From Mycobacteriales bacterium (GTDB lineage: Bacteria; Actinomycetota; Actinomycetes; JAFAQI01), in contig DATAVK010000077.1 of the NCBI GenBank assembly GCA_036267755.1, forward strand, positions 7,855 to 71,854: DNA of 64,000 nt. The letters run 5' to 3'. Below the pieces are notes generated by a model. It made no database searches. It was given only the letters and a program-made list of their open reading frames with translations, and was not told where the DNA came from. The position numbers and the translations under genes are program-made. Shown here piece after piece: positions 26,133 through 35,037 of this stretch; the first letter of the stretch is position 1, and every line of letters starts with the position of its first letter.

Positions 26133-26142
26133 TCGTGAAGTC
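26115..26142. terminator. hairpin (GACTTCACG...CGTGAAGTC) at convergent junction of dipZ-like and peptidase genes
   Basis: 9-bp perfect stem with 10-nt loop seen in sequence. Overlaps the dipZ-like stop codon. Confidence 0.35.
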
Positions 26143-26154
26143 GTAGGCGGGAAG

Positions 26155-27780
26155 TCAGCGCAGCAGCACGAAGGGCAGCCGGGCTGCCTGCGCGGGCCGC
26201 ACCGTGTTCGGTGTGGCCGCGCTCGAGGACGACGCCTTCGGGTTCGGGTCGGGCAGCGGCTTGCACTTCGTGTCCGCTCGGTTGCCCGAAACCCGCTTCG
26301 GGAGCGTCCCGGACTTCAGGTATGCCGCGACCTTGTTGTCCACGCACGCGTCACCGAACAGTGAGTCCGCGTGGGTCGCGCCGCCCGGCTCGCCGATCAG
26401 GCTGGAGTGCGGGTAGAGCTTGCGGACCTCGAGGCTTCCCTCGTACGGCGTCGCTGCGTCCTTGGTCTCGTCGATGAGCAGGGCGCTCGTCGTCTTCTTG
26501 CCGTTGATCTTCACCACGTGGTGGGTCTTGCTCTTCCAGTACTCGCAGGGCCCGTTGAACCACGTGTTGTCCCAGGTGAGGAACGGGTACTTCTTGGCGT
26601 ACTTCTTCGAGTCCTTGAGCACCTTGTGCAGCCCCGGGTACTTCAGGTCGCTGCACTCCACCGCGTTGTAGACGGCGAACTCATTGTCGTCGCCGGGGCC
26701 TTCGGCGCTGTCGTACTGCGCGAGCATGGGCGCGTAGTGACCCTTCGTGAACTTCACCCAGGCCGACGCGAGGTCCTCCCAGCCGAACCGGTAGTACGCC
26801 GCTCCGCTGAAGGCGTCGGTCCACTCGCTCGGACCGACCTTGCCCTTCGGGTGCTTGGCGAGCGCGTGCAGCGTCGCGTAGTACTTGGCGCTGACCTGCT
26901 TCTGGGTCTTCCCGAGGTGGTAGACGGAGTGGTACTTCGCGACCCACTTCAGGTAGATGTGCAGGTTGCGGTTGAAGGCGACGTCCTGGCTGAGGTTGGC
27001 CTTGTACCAAACGTGACGCGGGTCGATGTTGCTGTCCAGGACCATGTACTTCAGGTGGGTCGGGAACAGCGTCGAGTAGACCTGGCCCAGGTAGGTGCCG
27101 TAGGAGAACCCGTAGTAGCTGATCTGCGAGACGCCGATCGCGGCACGGATCGCGTCCATGTCCAGCGCGGAGTCCTTGGTGGTGATGTTGTTGAGGAGTG
27201 CGGGCTGCTTCTTCTCGCACGACGCGGCGTACTTCTTGGACCGCTTCTCCCAGTACTTGAGAATCGTCGACGTCGTCGGGGTGTAGTTCTTCCGCGGCGG
27301 GTTGAAGTAGTTGTTCTGGCAGTGCAGGGCCGGCTTGCTCGCACCGACTCCGCGGGGGTCCCAGCTCACCCAGTCGTAATCGTCACCGACATGGTGCGGG
27401 ACCGCGGGCTGCAGGAAGAAGCCGAGATCGAGACCGGCACCGCCGGGGCCGCCCGGGTTGCTCAGCATGGCGCCCTTGTAGTTGGCGTCCGAACTGGTGT
27501 GCTTGGTGAGCGACAGCTCCAGTGTGATCTTCGGCCCGGTCGGGTGGGCGTAGTTCAGCGGCACCTTCAGCGGCGCACACTGCACCGTCGTCCCCTCGAG
27601 GTCGGGGTATTGCTTCGTTGGGCAGGCGCCCCAGGGGAGCGCGGTCTCGACCGTGTCGGGAACCGCTGCCCGGGACGCGGGTGCCGACGGGTGAGCCGCC
27701 GCCGTCCCGATCGCAGGTCCGACAGTGAGCAGGCCGGCAGCGGTGGCGATGGACACGGCCACCATCAGGACTCGCTTCAC
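26155..27780 (-). CDS. secreted alpha/beta-hydrolase, tripeptidyl aminopeptidase (TAP/S33)-like
   Basis: Signal peptide. GxSxG nucleophile motif GFSYGTYLG. Lys-rich composition. Local GC about 57-60% versus about 70% in flanks. GTG start preceded by GAGAGGTG. Confidence 0.75.
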   Translation of the reverse strand: MKRVLMVAVSIATAAGLLTVGPAIGTAAAHPSAPASRAAVPDTVETALPWGACPTKQYPDLEGTTVQCAPLKVPLNYAHPTGPKITLELSLTKHTSSDANYKGAMLSNPGGPGGAGLDLGFFLQPAVPHHVGDDYDWVSWDPRGVGASKPALHCQNNYFNPPRKNYTPTTSTILKYWEKRSKKYAASCEKKQPALLNNITTKDSALDMDAIRAAIGVSQISYYGFSYGTYLGQVYSTLFPTHLKYMVLDSNIDPRHVWYKANLSQDVAFNRNLHIYLKWVAKYHSVYHLGKTQKQVSAKYYATLHALAKHPKGKVGPSEWTDAFSGAAYYRFGWEDLASAWVKFTKGHYAPMLAQYDSAEGPGDDNEFAVYNAVECSDLKYPGLHKVLKDSKKYAKKYPFLTWDNTWFNGPCEYWKSKTHHVVKINGKKTTSALLIDETKDAATPYEGSLEVRKLYPHSSLIGEPGGATHADSLFGDACVDNKVAAYLKSGTLPKRVSGNRADTKCKPLPDPNPKASSSSAATPNTVRPAQAARLPFVLLR

Positions 27781-27851
27781 GAAGCAACACCTCTCGATCG
27801 ATGCGGACGACCCGCGGAGTCTGCCGCACCGGCGACAAATCGGTCAAACGC

Positions 27852-28097
27852 TCAGCAGGCGTGTGAGCTGCCGAGGCCGGGCTCCTCCGCCAACGAGCGC
27901 AGGGCGTCGGCCAGCAGCCCGATCAGTCCGGCAACGCCTGACGCCGCCATCTGGTGCGTGGCGACGCAGCCGTCCTCGCGCCACAGGCTGAGCGTGACCA
28001 TGCCGAGGTCGGGATGAGCGGCCACGCGCAGCGCGCGGCCCTCCTGGCGGCTGTCCCACTGGACACCGCCGCGTTCCGGTAGCGGCGACACGCTCAT
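27852..28097 (-). CDS. small hypothetical protein (81 aa)
   Basis: High GC3 ORF in an otherwise empty interval. The opposite-strand ORF is Arg-rich and antisense-like. No recognisable domain. Confidence 0.4.
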   Translation of the reverse strand: MSVSPLPERGGVQWDSRQEGRALRVAAHPDLGMVTLSLWREDGCVATHQMAASGVAGLIGLLADALRSLAEEPGLGSSHAC

Positions 28098-28175
28098 GGT
28101 CGGATCATGAACCTCGGGACGAGGCCGCGTCTAGCGAATGACCGAACGCGCTTGGCGGCTCGCCGCAGCGTCCGC

Positions 28176-28538
28176 TCAGGTACCGATGTCCGGGTAGGGC
28201 AGTGCCATGTGGGTCAGCTTGGCCGCATAGTCGAGCTGCATCGCGAGCGGCTCGGTGTGGTCGCGCTCGAACATCCCGATCCACAGCGTCAACGTGAGGA
28301 ACGGGTGCGCTCCCATCTCGAACAGCGCGACATGGTCGTGCCTCACAAGCGCCGACCGCTCGGCCTCGGTGAACTCCAGCCAGGTCGAACGTTCCGCACT
28401 GGGCAAGTTGAGGACCTCGTTGGCTCGCTCGGCCTCCCACCAGGTCACCGTCCCGGCGGGGTCCTCGCGGTAGCGCTCGACCAGCGCGGGATCGCGATCG
28501 ACGGTGTACAGGAACTTGTTCAGGAGGTACTTGCTCAT
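28176..28538 (-). CDS. LigA-like small subunit of LigAB-type extradiol aromatic ring-opening dioxygenase
   Basis: 120 aa. Start overlaps the upstream LigB-like gene stop (ATGA). Size and position fit the LigAB alpha subunit. Confidence 0.6.
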   Translation of the reverse strand: MSKYLLNKFLYTVDRDPALVERYREDPAGTVTWWEAERANEVLNLPSAERSTWLEFTEAERSALVRHDHVALFEMGAHPFLTLTLWIGMFERDHTEPLAMQLDYAAKLTHMALPYPDIGT

Positions 28539-29395
28539 GCGTCCACCCCGCCCGGATACCAGGTGAAGTACGCCTCCATCGTGTGGAACAGATCGAGGTT
28601 GTCGGCGTAGTCGGCCTTGGCGTAGCCCGCGACCCCCATCATGAGCATGAAGTCCATGAACCCATGCGTCGCATTACCGGGCGCGTGCAGGCTGTCGAGG
28701 GTCACGTTCGCGAGGCAGCCGTCGATGTCGCCGTTCGCGATCCATTCCACTGCTTTGGCGTCGAACTCCGGGTCCGGCCCGTGCGCACCGAACTGGCGTG
28801 GCCCGCCGAGTTCGAGCGAGAGGTGACCGGTTCCCACGACCGCCACCCGCAGGTCGCTCGGCCAGGCGTCGATCAGCTCGCGAATCGTGCGACCCAGCGC
28901 CACGAACCTTTCCGGGCGGGGCAACGGCGGCGCGAAGATGTTGGTGTAGATCGGCACCACGGGCAGGTCGTTTTGCGGACGCACTGTGAGGATCGGGCAC
29001 GTGATGCTGTGGTCGACCCGGAGCTCGTTGCTGAACGCCAGGTCGAACCCTCGGTCGATGCCCTCTCGGAGCAGGTACGCCGAGAGCTCCTCGTGACCGG
29101 TCAGCCGCATCCGGGGTAGCCCGAACTCGCGTTCCTCGTTGTAGTAGTTCGCGTCGTAGAACGGCGCCTTACCAACGAGGAACTGCGGCATGTTGCCGAG
29201 CCAGAGCTGATGAAAGTGATCGGAGCCGACCATGACCAGCAGATTCGGCTGGGCGCGGGTCAGCGTCTCCCGATACGCCTCGACCTTGCGCCGCCACTCG
29301 GCCGCGAACGGCGGCGCCGTCTCGGGAGGCAGCAGCGACGTGGCGTAGTAGAAGGGGTGATGGGTGGTCGCGAGCACGGCGACGAGCTTGGCCAA
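28535..29395 (-). CDS. class III extradiol ring-cleavage dioxygenase catalytic subunit (LigB family)
   Basis: 286 aa with LigB-type motifs (VGSDHF, His ligand region). Precedes the LigA-like gene. Confidence 0.75.
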   Translation of the reverse strand: MAKLVAVLATTHHPFYYATSLLPPETAPPFAAEWRRKVEAYRETLTRAQPNLLVMVGSDHFHQLWLGNMPQFLVGKAPFYDANYYNEEREFGLPRMRLTGHEELSAYLLREGIDRGFDLAFSNELRVDHSITCPILTVRPQNDLPVVPIYTNIFAPPLPRPERFVALGRTIRELIDAWPSDLRVAVVGTGHLSLELGGPRQFGAHGPDPEFDAKAVEWIANGDIDGCLANVTLDSLHAPGNATHGFMDFMLMMGVAGYAKADYADNLDLFHTMEAYFTWYPGGVDA

Positions 29396-29436
29396 CGACC
29401 CGCGTCCTTTCCCTTAACAGTCTCGTCGAGCTGCTG

Positions 29437-29450
29437 CGGACAGCTGTCCG
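29437..29450. promoter_or_regulatory. perfect 14-bp palindrome CGGACAGCTGTCCG in divergent ligB/iclR intergenic region; candidate IclR operator
   Basis: Perfect palindrome seen in sequence. A related GGACAGTTGTCC box lies upstream of the next operon. Confidence 0.45.
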
Positions 29451-29523
29451 CGTGACGGCAGGTATGACGATCCGCCGCTGCGGTCACGGTGTCAAGACCG
29501 GCTCGCTGTGCGACCATCGCGGC

Positions 29524-30357
29524 ATGACGAAACGGGGTTCCGGCCCGGACTTCGTGGAGGCGTTGGCCCGCGGACTCGATGTCCTGACGAGTCTGGGCAC
29601 GACCACCCAACCGCTGTCACTGCGGGAGGTGGCTGATCAGGCAGGGCTCGCCCGACCGACCGCGAGGCGGTTGTTGCTCACGCTCATCGAGCTCGGGTAT
29701 GTCCGGGTCGACCAAGGAGCTTTTGCGCTCACCCCTCGCGCTCTCGACCTCGGCATGGCCTACGTCAGCTCGCTGGGGGTATGGGAGCTCGCCCGGCCTC
29801 ACCTGGAGTCACTGGTCGGGCAGACCGGCGAGTCCTCGTCAATGGCTCAGCTCGACGGTGGCGACATCGTGTATGTCGCGCGAGTCGCCGTACCGAAGAT
29901 CATCACGTTACGCGTCGAGATCGGCACGAGGTTCCCGGCTTTGGTGACATCGCAGGGAAAGGTGCTGCTTGCGTCGCTGAATGCTGATGCGCTCGCGGCC
30001 GCACTTTCAGAGCCCAGCCGCTCGGGCCTTCCCCCGTTGCTGCCCCGGGATCCGGCTGCGGTCAGGGTCGAGCTCGACACGGTCCGGGCCCGTGGTTGGG
30101 CCTTGGCGGATGAGGAGCTTGCTCCGGGTATCCGGTCTGTTGCGGTACCGGTTCGAGACGGTGCCGGCGCGGTCCGTGCCGCGATGAACGTCACGGTGCA
30201 CGCCGCGGAAACGACGGTCGAGACACTGGTAGAGGAGTACCTCCCGAGGCTGATCGTGGCCGCCAGCAACGTCAGTGCGGACTGGGTGCGCCGTGATGCC
30301 TGCCCGCATGTCGAGGTCGCACCGTTCGGCGCTGAGGCGTGGCCGGGCACGGCTTGA
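29524..30357 (+). CDS. IclR-family transcriptional regulator (PcaR/PobR-like)
   Basis: HTH region (LSLREVADQAGLARPTARRLLLTLIELGYV) and IclR effector domain. Alternative upstream starts at 29452 and 29464. Confidence 0.8.
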   Translation: MTKRGSGPDFVEALARGLDVLTSLGTTTQPLSLREVADQAGLARPTARRLLLTLIELGYVRVDQGAFALTPRALDLGMAYVSSLGVWELARPHLESLVGQTGESSSMAQLDGGDIVYVARVAVPKIITLRVEIGTRFPALVTSQGKVLLASLNADALAAALSEPSRSGLPPLLPRDPAAVRVELDTVRARGWALADEELAPGIRSVAVPVRDGAGAVRAAMNVTVHAAETTVETLVEEYLPRLIVAASNVSADWVRRDACPHVEVAPFGAEAWPGTA

Positions 30358-30392
30358 CACCTCGGCTGCGGCATCGGAGAGTTCGGATTGAC

Positions 30393-30404
30393 GGACAGTT
30401 GTCC
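30393..30404. promoter_or_regulatory. GGACAGTTGTCC near-palindrome upstream of CoA-transferase operon; second copy of putative IclR box
   Basis: Seen in sequence about 20 nt upstream of the GTG start at 30425. Confidence 0.4.
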
Positions 30405-30424
30405 GGCAGACGGTCGGAGGTCAG

Positions 30425-31588
30425 GTGAGCGAGCCGGCCGCGACGTCACGAGGGCCGTTGGACGGTCTCGTTGTCGCGGACTTCTCGCGGGTTCTCGCGG
30501 GCCCCTACTGCACGATGCTGCTGGGCGATCTCGGTGCCGAGGTCATCAAGGTCGAAGGGCCGTCAGGCGACGACACCCGGCACTGGACCCCGCCGAAGCG
30601 TGGCGACGTCGGCACGTACTACCTGGCTATCAATCGCAACAAGCGCTCGATCGTCTTGGACTTCTCCGACGCCGCGGACCTCGAGCTGGCGCATCGGTTG
30701 GCGGCTCGCGCTGACGTCGTCATCCAGAACTTCAAGCCAGGCGGTCTCACGCGGTTCCGGCTCGATTACGACAGTGTTCGTGCGCTGAACCCGCGCAGCG
30801 TGTACTGCTCGATCAGCGGCTTCGGCGCCGGGCAGGGTGCCTCGTTGCCCGGCTACGACCTGCTGGTGCAGGCGGTGTCAGGGCTGATGAGCCTCACCGG
30901 CAGCCCGGATGGGCCGGCCTATCGGGCGGGGATCTCGGTCTTCGATGTCATGACCGGCTTGCACTCCGCGATCGGGATCCTCGCGGCTCTGCGGCACCGT
31001 GACGCTACCGGTGAAGGGCAGCATGTCGAGACGAACCTGTTGTCCTCGGCAATGTCGTCGCTGGTGAACCAGACATCGGCGTACCTCGCCGGCGGCGTGG
31101 TGCCGGAGCGGATGGGTAACGCTCACCTCAGCCTGTTCCCCTACGAACCGATGCCCACGAGCGACGGCGAGATCATCGTCATTGCCGGCAACGACAGGCA
31201 GTTCGGCACGCTCTGCGCCGCGCTTGGCCGACCCGAGCTCGCCGACGACGACCGGTTCGCGACGGTCGCCGGCCGCAATGAGAATCGTGAGCTGCTGCGC
31301 CCCGAGCTCGAGGAACTGCTGTCCCATCGAACGGCAACCGAGTGGTTCGACGTACTCACCGAGGCAGGAGTGGCGTGTGGACCGATCAACACCATCGAGG
31401 GCGGCGTGAAGCTGGCAACGCAGCTTGGGCTCGAACCCGAGGTCGACATCGATGGCGTGCCGACGGTCCGCAACCCGATCCGGCTGTCCGCATCGCCCGT
31501 CACCTACCGCCACGCCCCCCCGGCGCTCGACGCTGACCGCGCCGGCATCCGGGCCTGGCTCGACGATGAGCGGGCGCAGGCCCGATGA
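30425..31588 (+). CDS. family III CoA-transferase (CaiB/BaiF family)
   Basis: GTG with GGAGG upstream. Family III CoA-transferase N-terminal motif (LDGLVVADFSRVLAGPYCTMLLGDLGAEVIKVE). Confidence 0.8.
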   Translation: MSEPAATSRGPLDGLVVADFSRVLAGPYCTMLLGDLGAEVIKVEGPSGDDTRHWTPPKRGDVGTYYLAINRNKRSIVLDFSDAADLELAHRLAARADVVIQNFKPGGLTRFRLDYDSVRALNPRSVYCSISGFGAGQGASLPGYDLLVQAVSGLMSLTGSPDGPAYRAGISVFDVMTGLHSAIGILAALRHRDATGEGQHVETNLLSSAMSSLVNQTSAYLAGGVVPERMGNAHLSLFPYEPMPTSDGEIIVIAGNDRQFGTLCAALGRPELADDDRFATVAGRNENRELLRPELEELLSHRTATEWFDVLTEAGVACGPINTIEGGVKLATQLGLEPEVDIDGVPTVRNPIRLSASPVTYRHAPPALDADRAGIRAWLDDERAQAR

Positions 31589-32370
31589 GCGAGACACCGT
31601 CGTTCCCGACATCACTCGGTACGTCGACCGAGGACACCATCTCGCTGCTCGGTCAGGACCTGTCGACTGACCTGATCGGCCACGTCGGGTTCGGCGAGCT
31701 CGCGTACTGGCTGATGACGCTGCAGCGGCCGACTCCCGGGCAAACCCGGATGTTCGAAGCCGTGCTGGTCGCGCTCGCCGATCACGGTTTCACGCCGACA
31801 GCCATCGCGGCCCGGGTCACGTTGCTGAGCGCGCCGGACTCGCTGCAGGGCGCCCTCGCCGCCGGGCTGCTCGGCGGCGGTTCCCGCTATCTGGGCGTCA
31901 CAGAGGACACCGGTGTTTTTCTCGCGTCGGCGTTGGCCGGGGCAGATCTCCCGGCGGACGAAGCGGCGTGGGATGCCCTTGCCCGCGAGGTCGTCGAGGC
32001 GCGCCGGTCGGCCGGGAAGTTCGTCCCCGGTCTCGGGCATCCGGTGCACAAGCACGGTGATCCGCGAACGCCGGTGATCATTGCTATTGCTCACGATTCC
32101 GGCGTCTACGGGCCCCACCTGGCCCTGTTCGAGGCGATCGGTCGCACCCATGCCGGCATCCTCGGCAAGCAACTGCCGCTCAACGGCGCCGGAGTGTGTG
32201 GCGCCGCCCTCGCCGACCTGGGCCTGTCGCCGGAGCTGCTCCGCGGCGTGGCTCTGCTGGCGCGCTGCGCCGGGCTGCTCGGCCAGCTGGCCGAGGAGAT
32301 GCGCCGTCCCATCGCCGATGCGATCTACCGCACGGTCGACCGCAACGCCGAATACATCGACCCACAGTGA
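31585..32370 (+). CDS. citrate synthase-family short protein, citryl-CoA lyase-like
   Basis: 261 aa with citrate-synthase catalytic signature (GLGHPVHKHGDPRT). Start overlaps the upstream stop. Confidence 0.6.
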   Translation: MSETPSFPTSLGTSTEDTISLLGQDLSTDLIGHVGFGELAYWLMTLQRPTPGQTRMFEAVLVALADHGFTPTAIAARVTLLSAPDSLQGALAAGLLGGGSRYLGVTEDTGVFLASALAGADLPADEAAWDALAREVVEARRSAGKFVPGLGHPVHKHGDPRTPVIIAIAHDSGVYGPHLALFEAIGRTHAGILGKQLPLNGAGVCGAALADLGLSPELLRGVALLARCAGLLGQLAEEMRRPIADAIYRTVDRNAEYIDPQ

Positions 32371-32395
32371 TCCGCCGTCACAGAAGGACAGCAGC

Positions 32396-34168
32396 ATGAG
32401 CACACCAGTTTGGGCAGTGGAGACCGACGTCCTCGTGGTCGGGTCGGGGCCGGCCGGCGCATCAGCGGCGCTGTTCCTGGCCAGCTACGGCACCAAGACG
32501 TTGGTCGTCACCAAGTACGGCAACCTCTCCGACACGCCTCGCGCGCACATCACCAACCAGCGGACGATGGAGACGCTGCGCGACATGGGCCTCGAGGAGC
32601 GGCTGATGCGCGAGGCCACGCCGTGGCCGCTGATGAGCAACACGACGTACTGCACCAGCCTCGCCGGCGATGAGCTCGGCCGAGTGCCGTCGTGGGGGAC
32701 CGACACCCGACGGCACGCCGACTACGAGCTGCAAAGCCCCTGCACCATGCTCGACGCGCCGCAGACCATCACGGAGCCGGTGATCATGCAGGCCGCTCAG
32801 GCGCGGGGCGCCAAGGTGCGCTTCGACACCGAGTACCTCTCGCACACCCAGGATGACTCCGGCGTCACGACGACGGTGCGGGACCGGCTCACCGGGACGG
32901 AGTACACGATCCGCTCGAAGTACCTGGTCGGTGGTGACGGCGCCCGCAGCAAGGTCGCGGCCGACCTCGACCTCCCGTTCGAGGGACCGGGGGCGGTCGG
33001 CGGGGCGCTGGGCATCATCTTCGAGGCCGACCTCTCACGCTTCGTGGCGCACCGGCCTTCGGTCCTCTACTGGATGGTGCAGCCGGGCGCGGAGAAGGAA
33101 GGCGTCGGCCTCGGCGTCCTGCGGATGATCAAGCCCTGGCACGAGTGGATGCTGATGTGGGGCTACGAGGCGGCGGCCGGCCCACCGGAGTTCACCGAGG
33201 AGTTCGTCCGCGAGCTCGCCGTGAAGCTGGTCGGCACCGAGGACTTCGAGATGCACGTGACGGCGACGTCGCCGTGGACCGTGAACCATCACTTCGCGAC
33301 CACCATCGCGAAGGGCCGCGTCTTCTGCGTCGGCGACGCGGTGCACCGACACCCACCGACGAACGGGCTCGGCTCCAACACCTCGATACAGGACTCGTAC
33401 AACCTGGCGTGGAAGCTGCACCATGTCCTCCAGGGCCTGGCGGCTGCGCCGCTGCTCGACAGCTACGACGCGGAACGCGCTCCGGTCGCTCGGCAGATCG
33501 TGGAGCGGGCCAACCTGAGCATCGCCGACACCGGCCGGATCCTGGCCGCCCTCGACGTCGCCGACACCACGGAGGCAGGGACCCTCGAGCGGCAGCTGGC
33601 GCTTCGGACCGCGCCCGGCCCCGAGGGGGAGAAGATCCGGGATGCGCTGCGCGAGGCGATCGCTTACAAGTCCTATGAGTTCAACGCCCACGGCGTCGAG
33701 CACAACCATCGGTATGCCTCCACGGCAGTGGTCCCGGACGGTACGGCGATGCCGCCCTACCAGCGCGATCCCGAGCTGTATGCCCAGCCGACCACCTGGC
33801 CGGGCGCGAAGCTGCCCCATACCTGGGTGACTCGCGACGGGCATCGGGTCTCGACGCTCGACCTCGCCGGGCATGGCGCGTTCAGCATCTGGACCGGCAT
33901 CGGCGGAGAGGCCTGGCTCGCCGCCGCCGAGGCGCTGACGGCCGAGAATGGACTCCCGATCACGCCGGTGAAGGTCGGACCGAAGCAGGCCTACGAGGAT
34001 CCCTACGGCACCTGGGCCGAGCTGCGGGAGATCGAGGACGGCGGCGTGCTCCTGGTCCGCCCCGACCTCTACGTGGCGGCCCGTCAGCTCGCTGCTCCGG
34101 ACTCCGACGAGGCAGCGACCCAGTGGCTGCGGTCGGCTGTGACGTCCGTTCTCGGTACGTCGGAGTGA
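32396..34168 (+). CDS. FAD-dependent aromatic ring hydroxylase (phenol 2-monooxygenase / PheA-TfdB type)
   Basis: FAD fingerprint DVLVVGSGPAGASAAL and GDAVHRHPPTNGLG. Thioredoxin-like C-terminal dimerisation region typical of phenol hydroxylases. ATG at 32396. Confidence 0.8.
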   Translation: MSTPVWAVETDVLVVGSGPAGASAALFLASYGTKTLVVTKYGNLSDTPRAHITNQRTMETLRDMGLEERLMREATPWPLMSNTTYCTSLAGDELGRVPSWGTDTRRHADYELQSPCTMLDAPQTITEPVIMQAAQARGAKVRFDTEYLSHTQDDSGVTTTVRDRLTGTEYTIRSKYLVGGDGARSKVAADLDLPFEGPGAVGGALGIIFEADLSRFVAHRPSVLYWMVQPGAEKEGVGLGVLRMIKPWHEWMLMWGYEAAAGPPEFTEEFVRELAVKLVGTEDFEMHVTATSPWTVNHHFATTIAKGRVFCVGDAVHRHPPTNGLGSNTSIQDSYNLAWKLHHVLQGLAAAPLLDSYDAERAPVARQIVERANLSIADTGRILAALDVADTTEAGTLERQLALRTAPGPEGEKIRDALREAIAYKSYEFNAHGVEHNHRYASTAVVPDGTAMPPYQRDPELYAQPTTWPGAKLPHTWVTRDGHRVSTLDLAGHGAFSIWTGIGGEAWLAAAEALTAENGLPITPVKVGPKQAYEDPYGTWAELREIEDGGVLLVRPDLYVAARQLAAPDSDEAATQWLRSAVTSVLGTSE

Positions 34169-35037
34169 GCGCCGAGCGCTTCAGCGAGGAGCGTTCAGCG
34201 GACGTCGTCGCCGCCAGCTTCTCCGGTACACCGGACGAGCGGCTCCGCGAGGTGATGACGTCGCTGGTTCACCATCTGCACGCGTTCGTCAAGGACGTCG
34301 AGCTGACCGAAAGCGAGTGGGCGGCCGGCATCGACTTCATCACTCGGACCGGCCAGATGAGCGACGAGACCCGGCAGGAGACCATCATGCTGTCGGACGT
34401 GCTGGGCGTCTCGATGCTCATCGAGACCATCAACCACCGCACCGGCGGGACGTCCACGGAGTCGACGGTTCTCGGCCCGTTCCACGTGGTGGCGTCGCCA
34501 CGGCGCGAGCTCGGCGACGACATCGCGCTCGACGGCAAGGGCGAGCGGTGCCTGGTCACCGGCCGCGTCCTCGGCCCTGACCACACGCCGTTGCCCGGCG
34601 CGATCGTCGACGTCTGGCAGGCGAACGACGAGGGCTTCTATGACGTCCAGCAGCCCGGGGTCCAACCCGAGCTGAACCTACGTGGCCTGTTCACCGCTGA
34701 CGGCAACGGCGAGTTCTGGTTCCGGTCGGTCGTGCCGCGCTACTACCCGATCCCCACCGACGGGCCGGTCGGCGAGCTGCTGAGCTCGACCGGTCGCCAC
34801 CCGTTCCGGCCGGCGCACCTGCATTTCATCGTGTCCGCGCCCGGCCATCGTCCGGTAACCACGCACCTGTTCGTCGACGACAGCCGGTACCTGGACTCCG
34901 ACGCCGTGTTCGGCGTCAAGGACAGCCTGGTCCGCGAGTTTCCTGAGATCGACGACCCGACCCGAGCTGTGGAGTTGGGACTGCCGAACCCGTTCCGGGC
35001 GGTGGACTTCGAGGTGACCCTGCAGCGGGCGCCCTAG
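34165..35037 (+). CDS. intradiol ring-cleavage dioxygenase (hydroxyquinol/catechol 1,2-dioxygenase)
   Basis: Intradiol dioxygenase core (GAIVDVWQANDEGFYD...RPAHLHFIV). GTG overlaps the upstream stop. Confidence 0.8.
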   Translation: MSAERFSEERSADVVAASFSGTPDERLREVMTSLVHHLHAFVKDVELTESEWAAGIDFITRTGQMSDETRQETIMLSDVLGVSMLIETINHRTGGTSTESTVLGPFHVVASPRRELGDDIALDGKGERCLVTGRVLGPDHTPLPGAIVDVWQANDEGFYDVQQPGVQPELNLRGLFTADGNGEFWFRSVVPRYYPIPTDGPVGELLSSTGRHPFRPAHLHFIVSAPGHRPVTTHLFVDDSRYLDSDAVFGVKDSLVREFPEIDDPTRAVELGLPNPFRAVDFEVTLQRAP

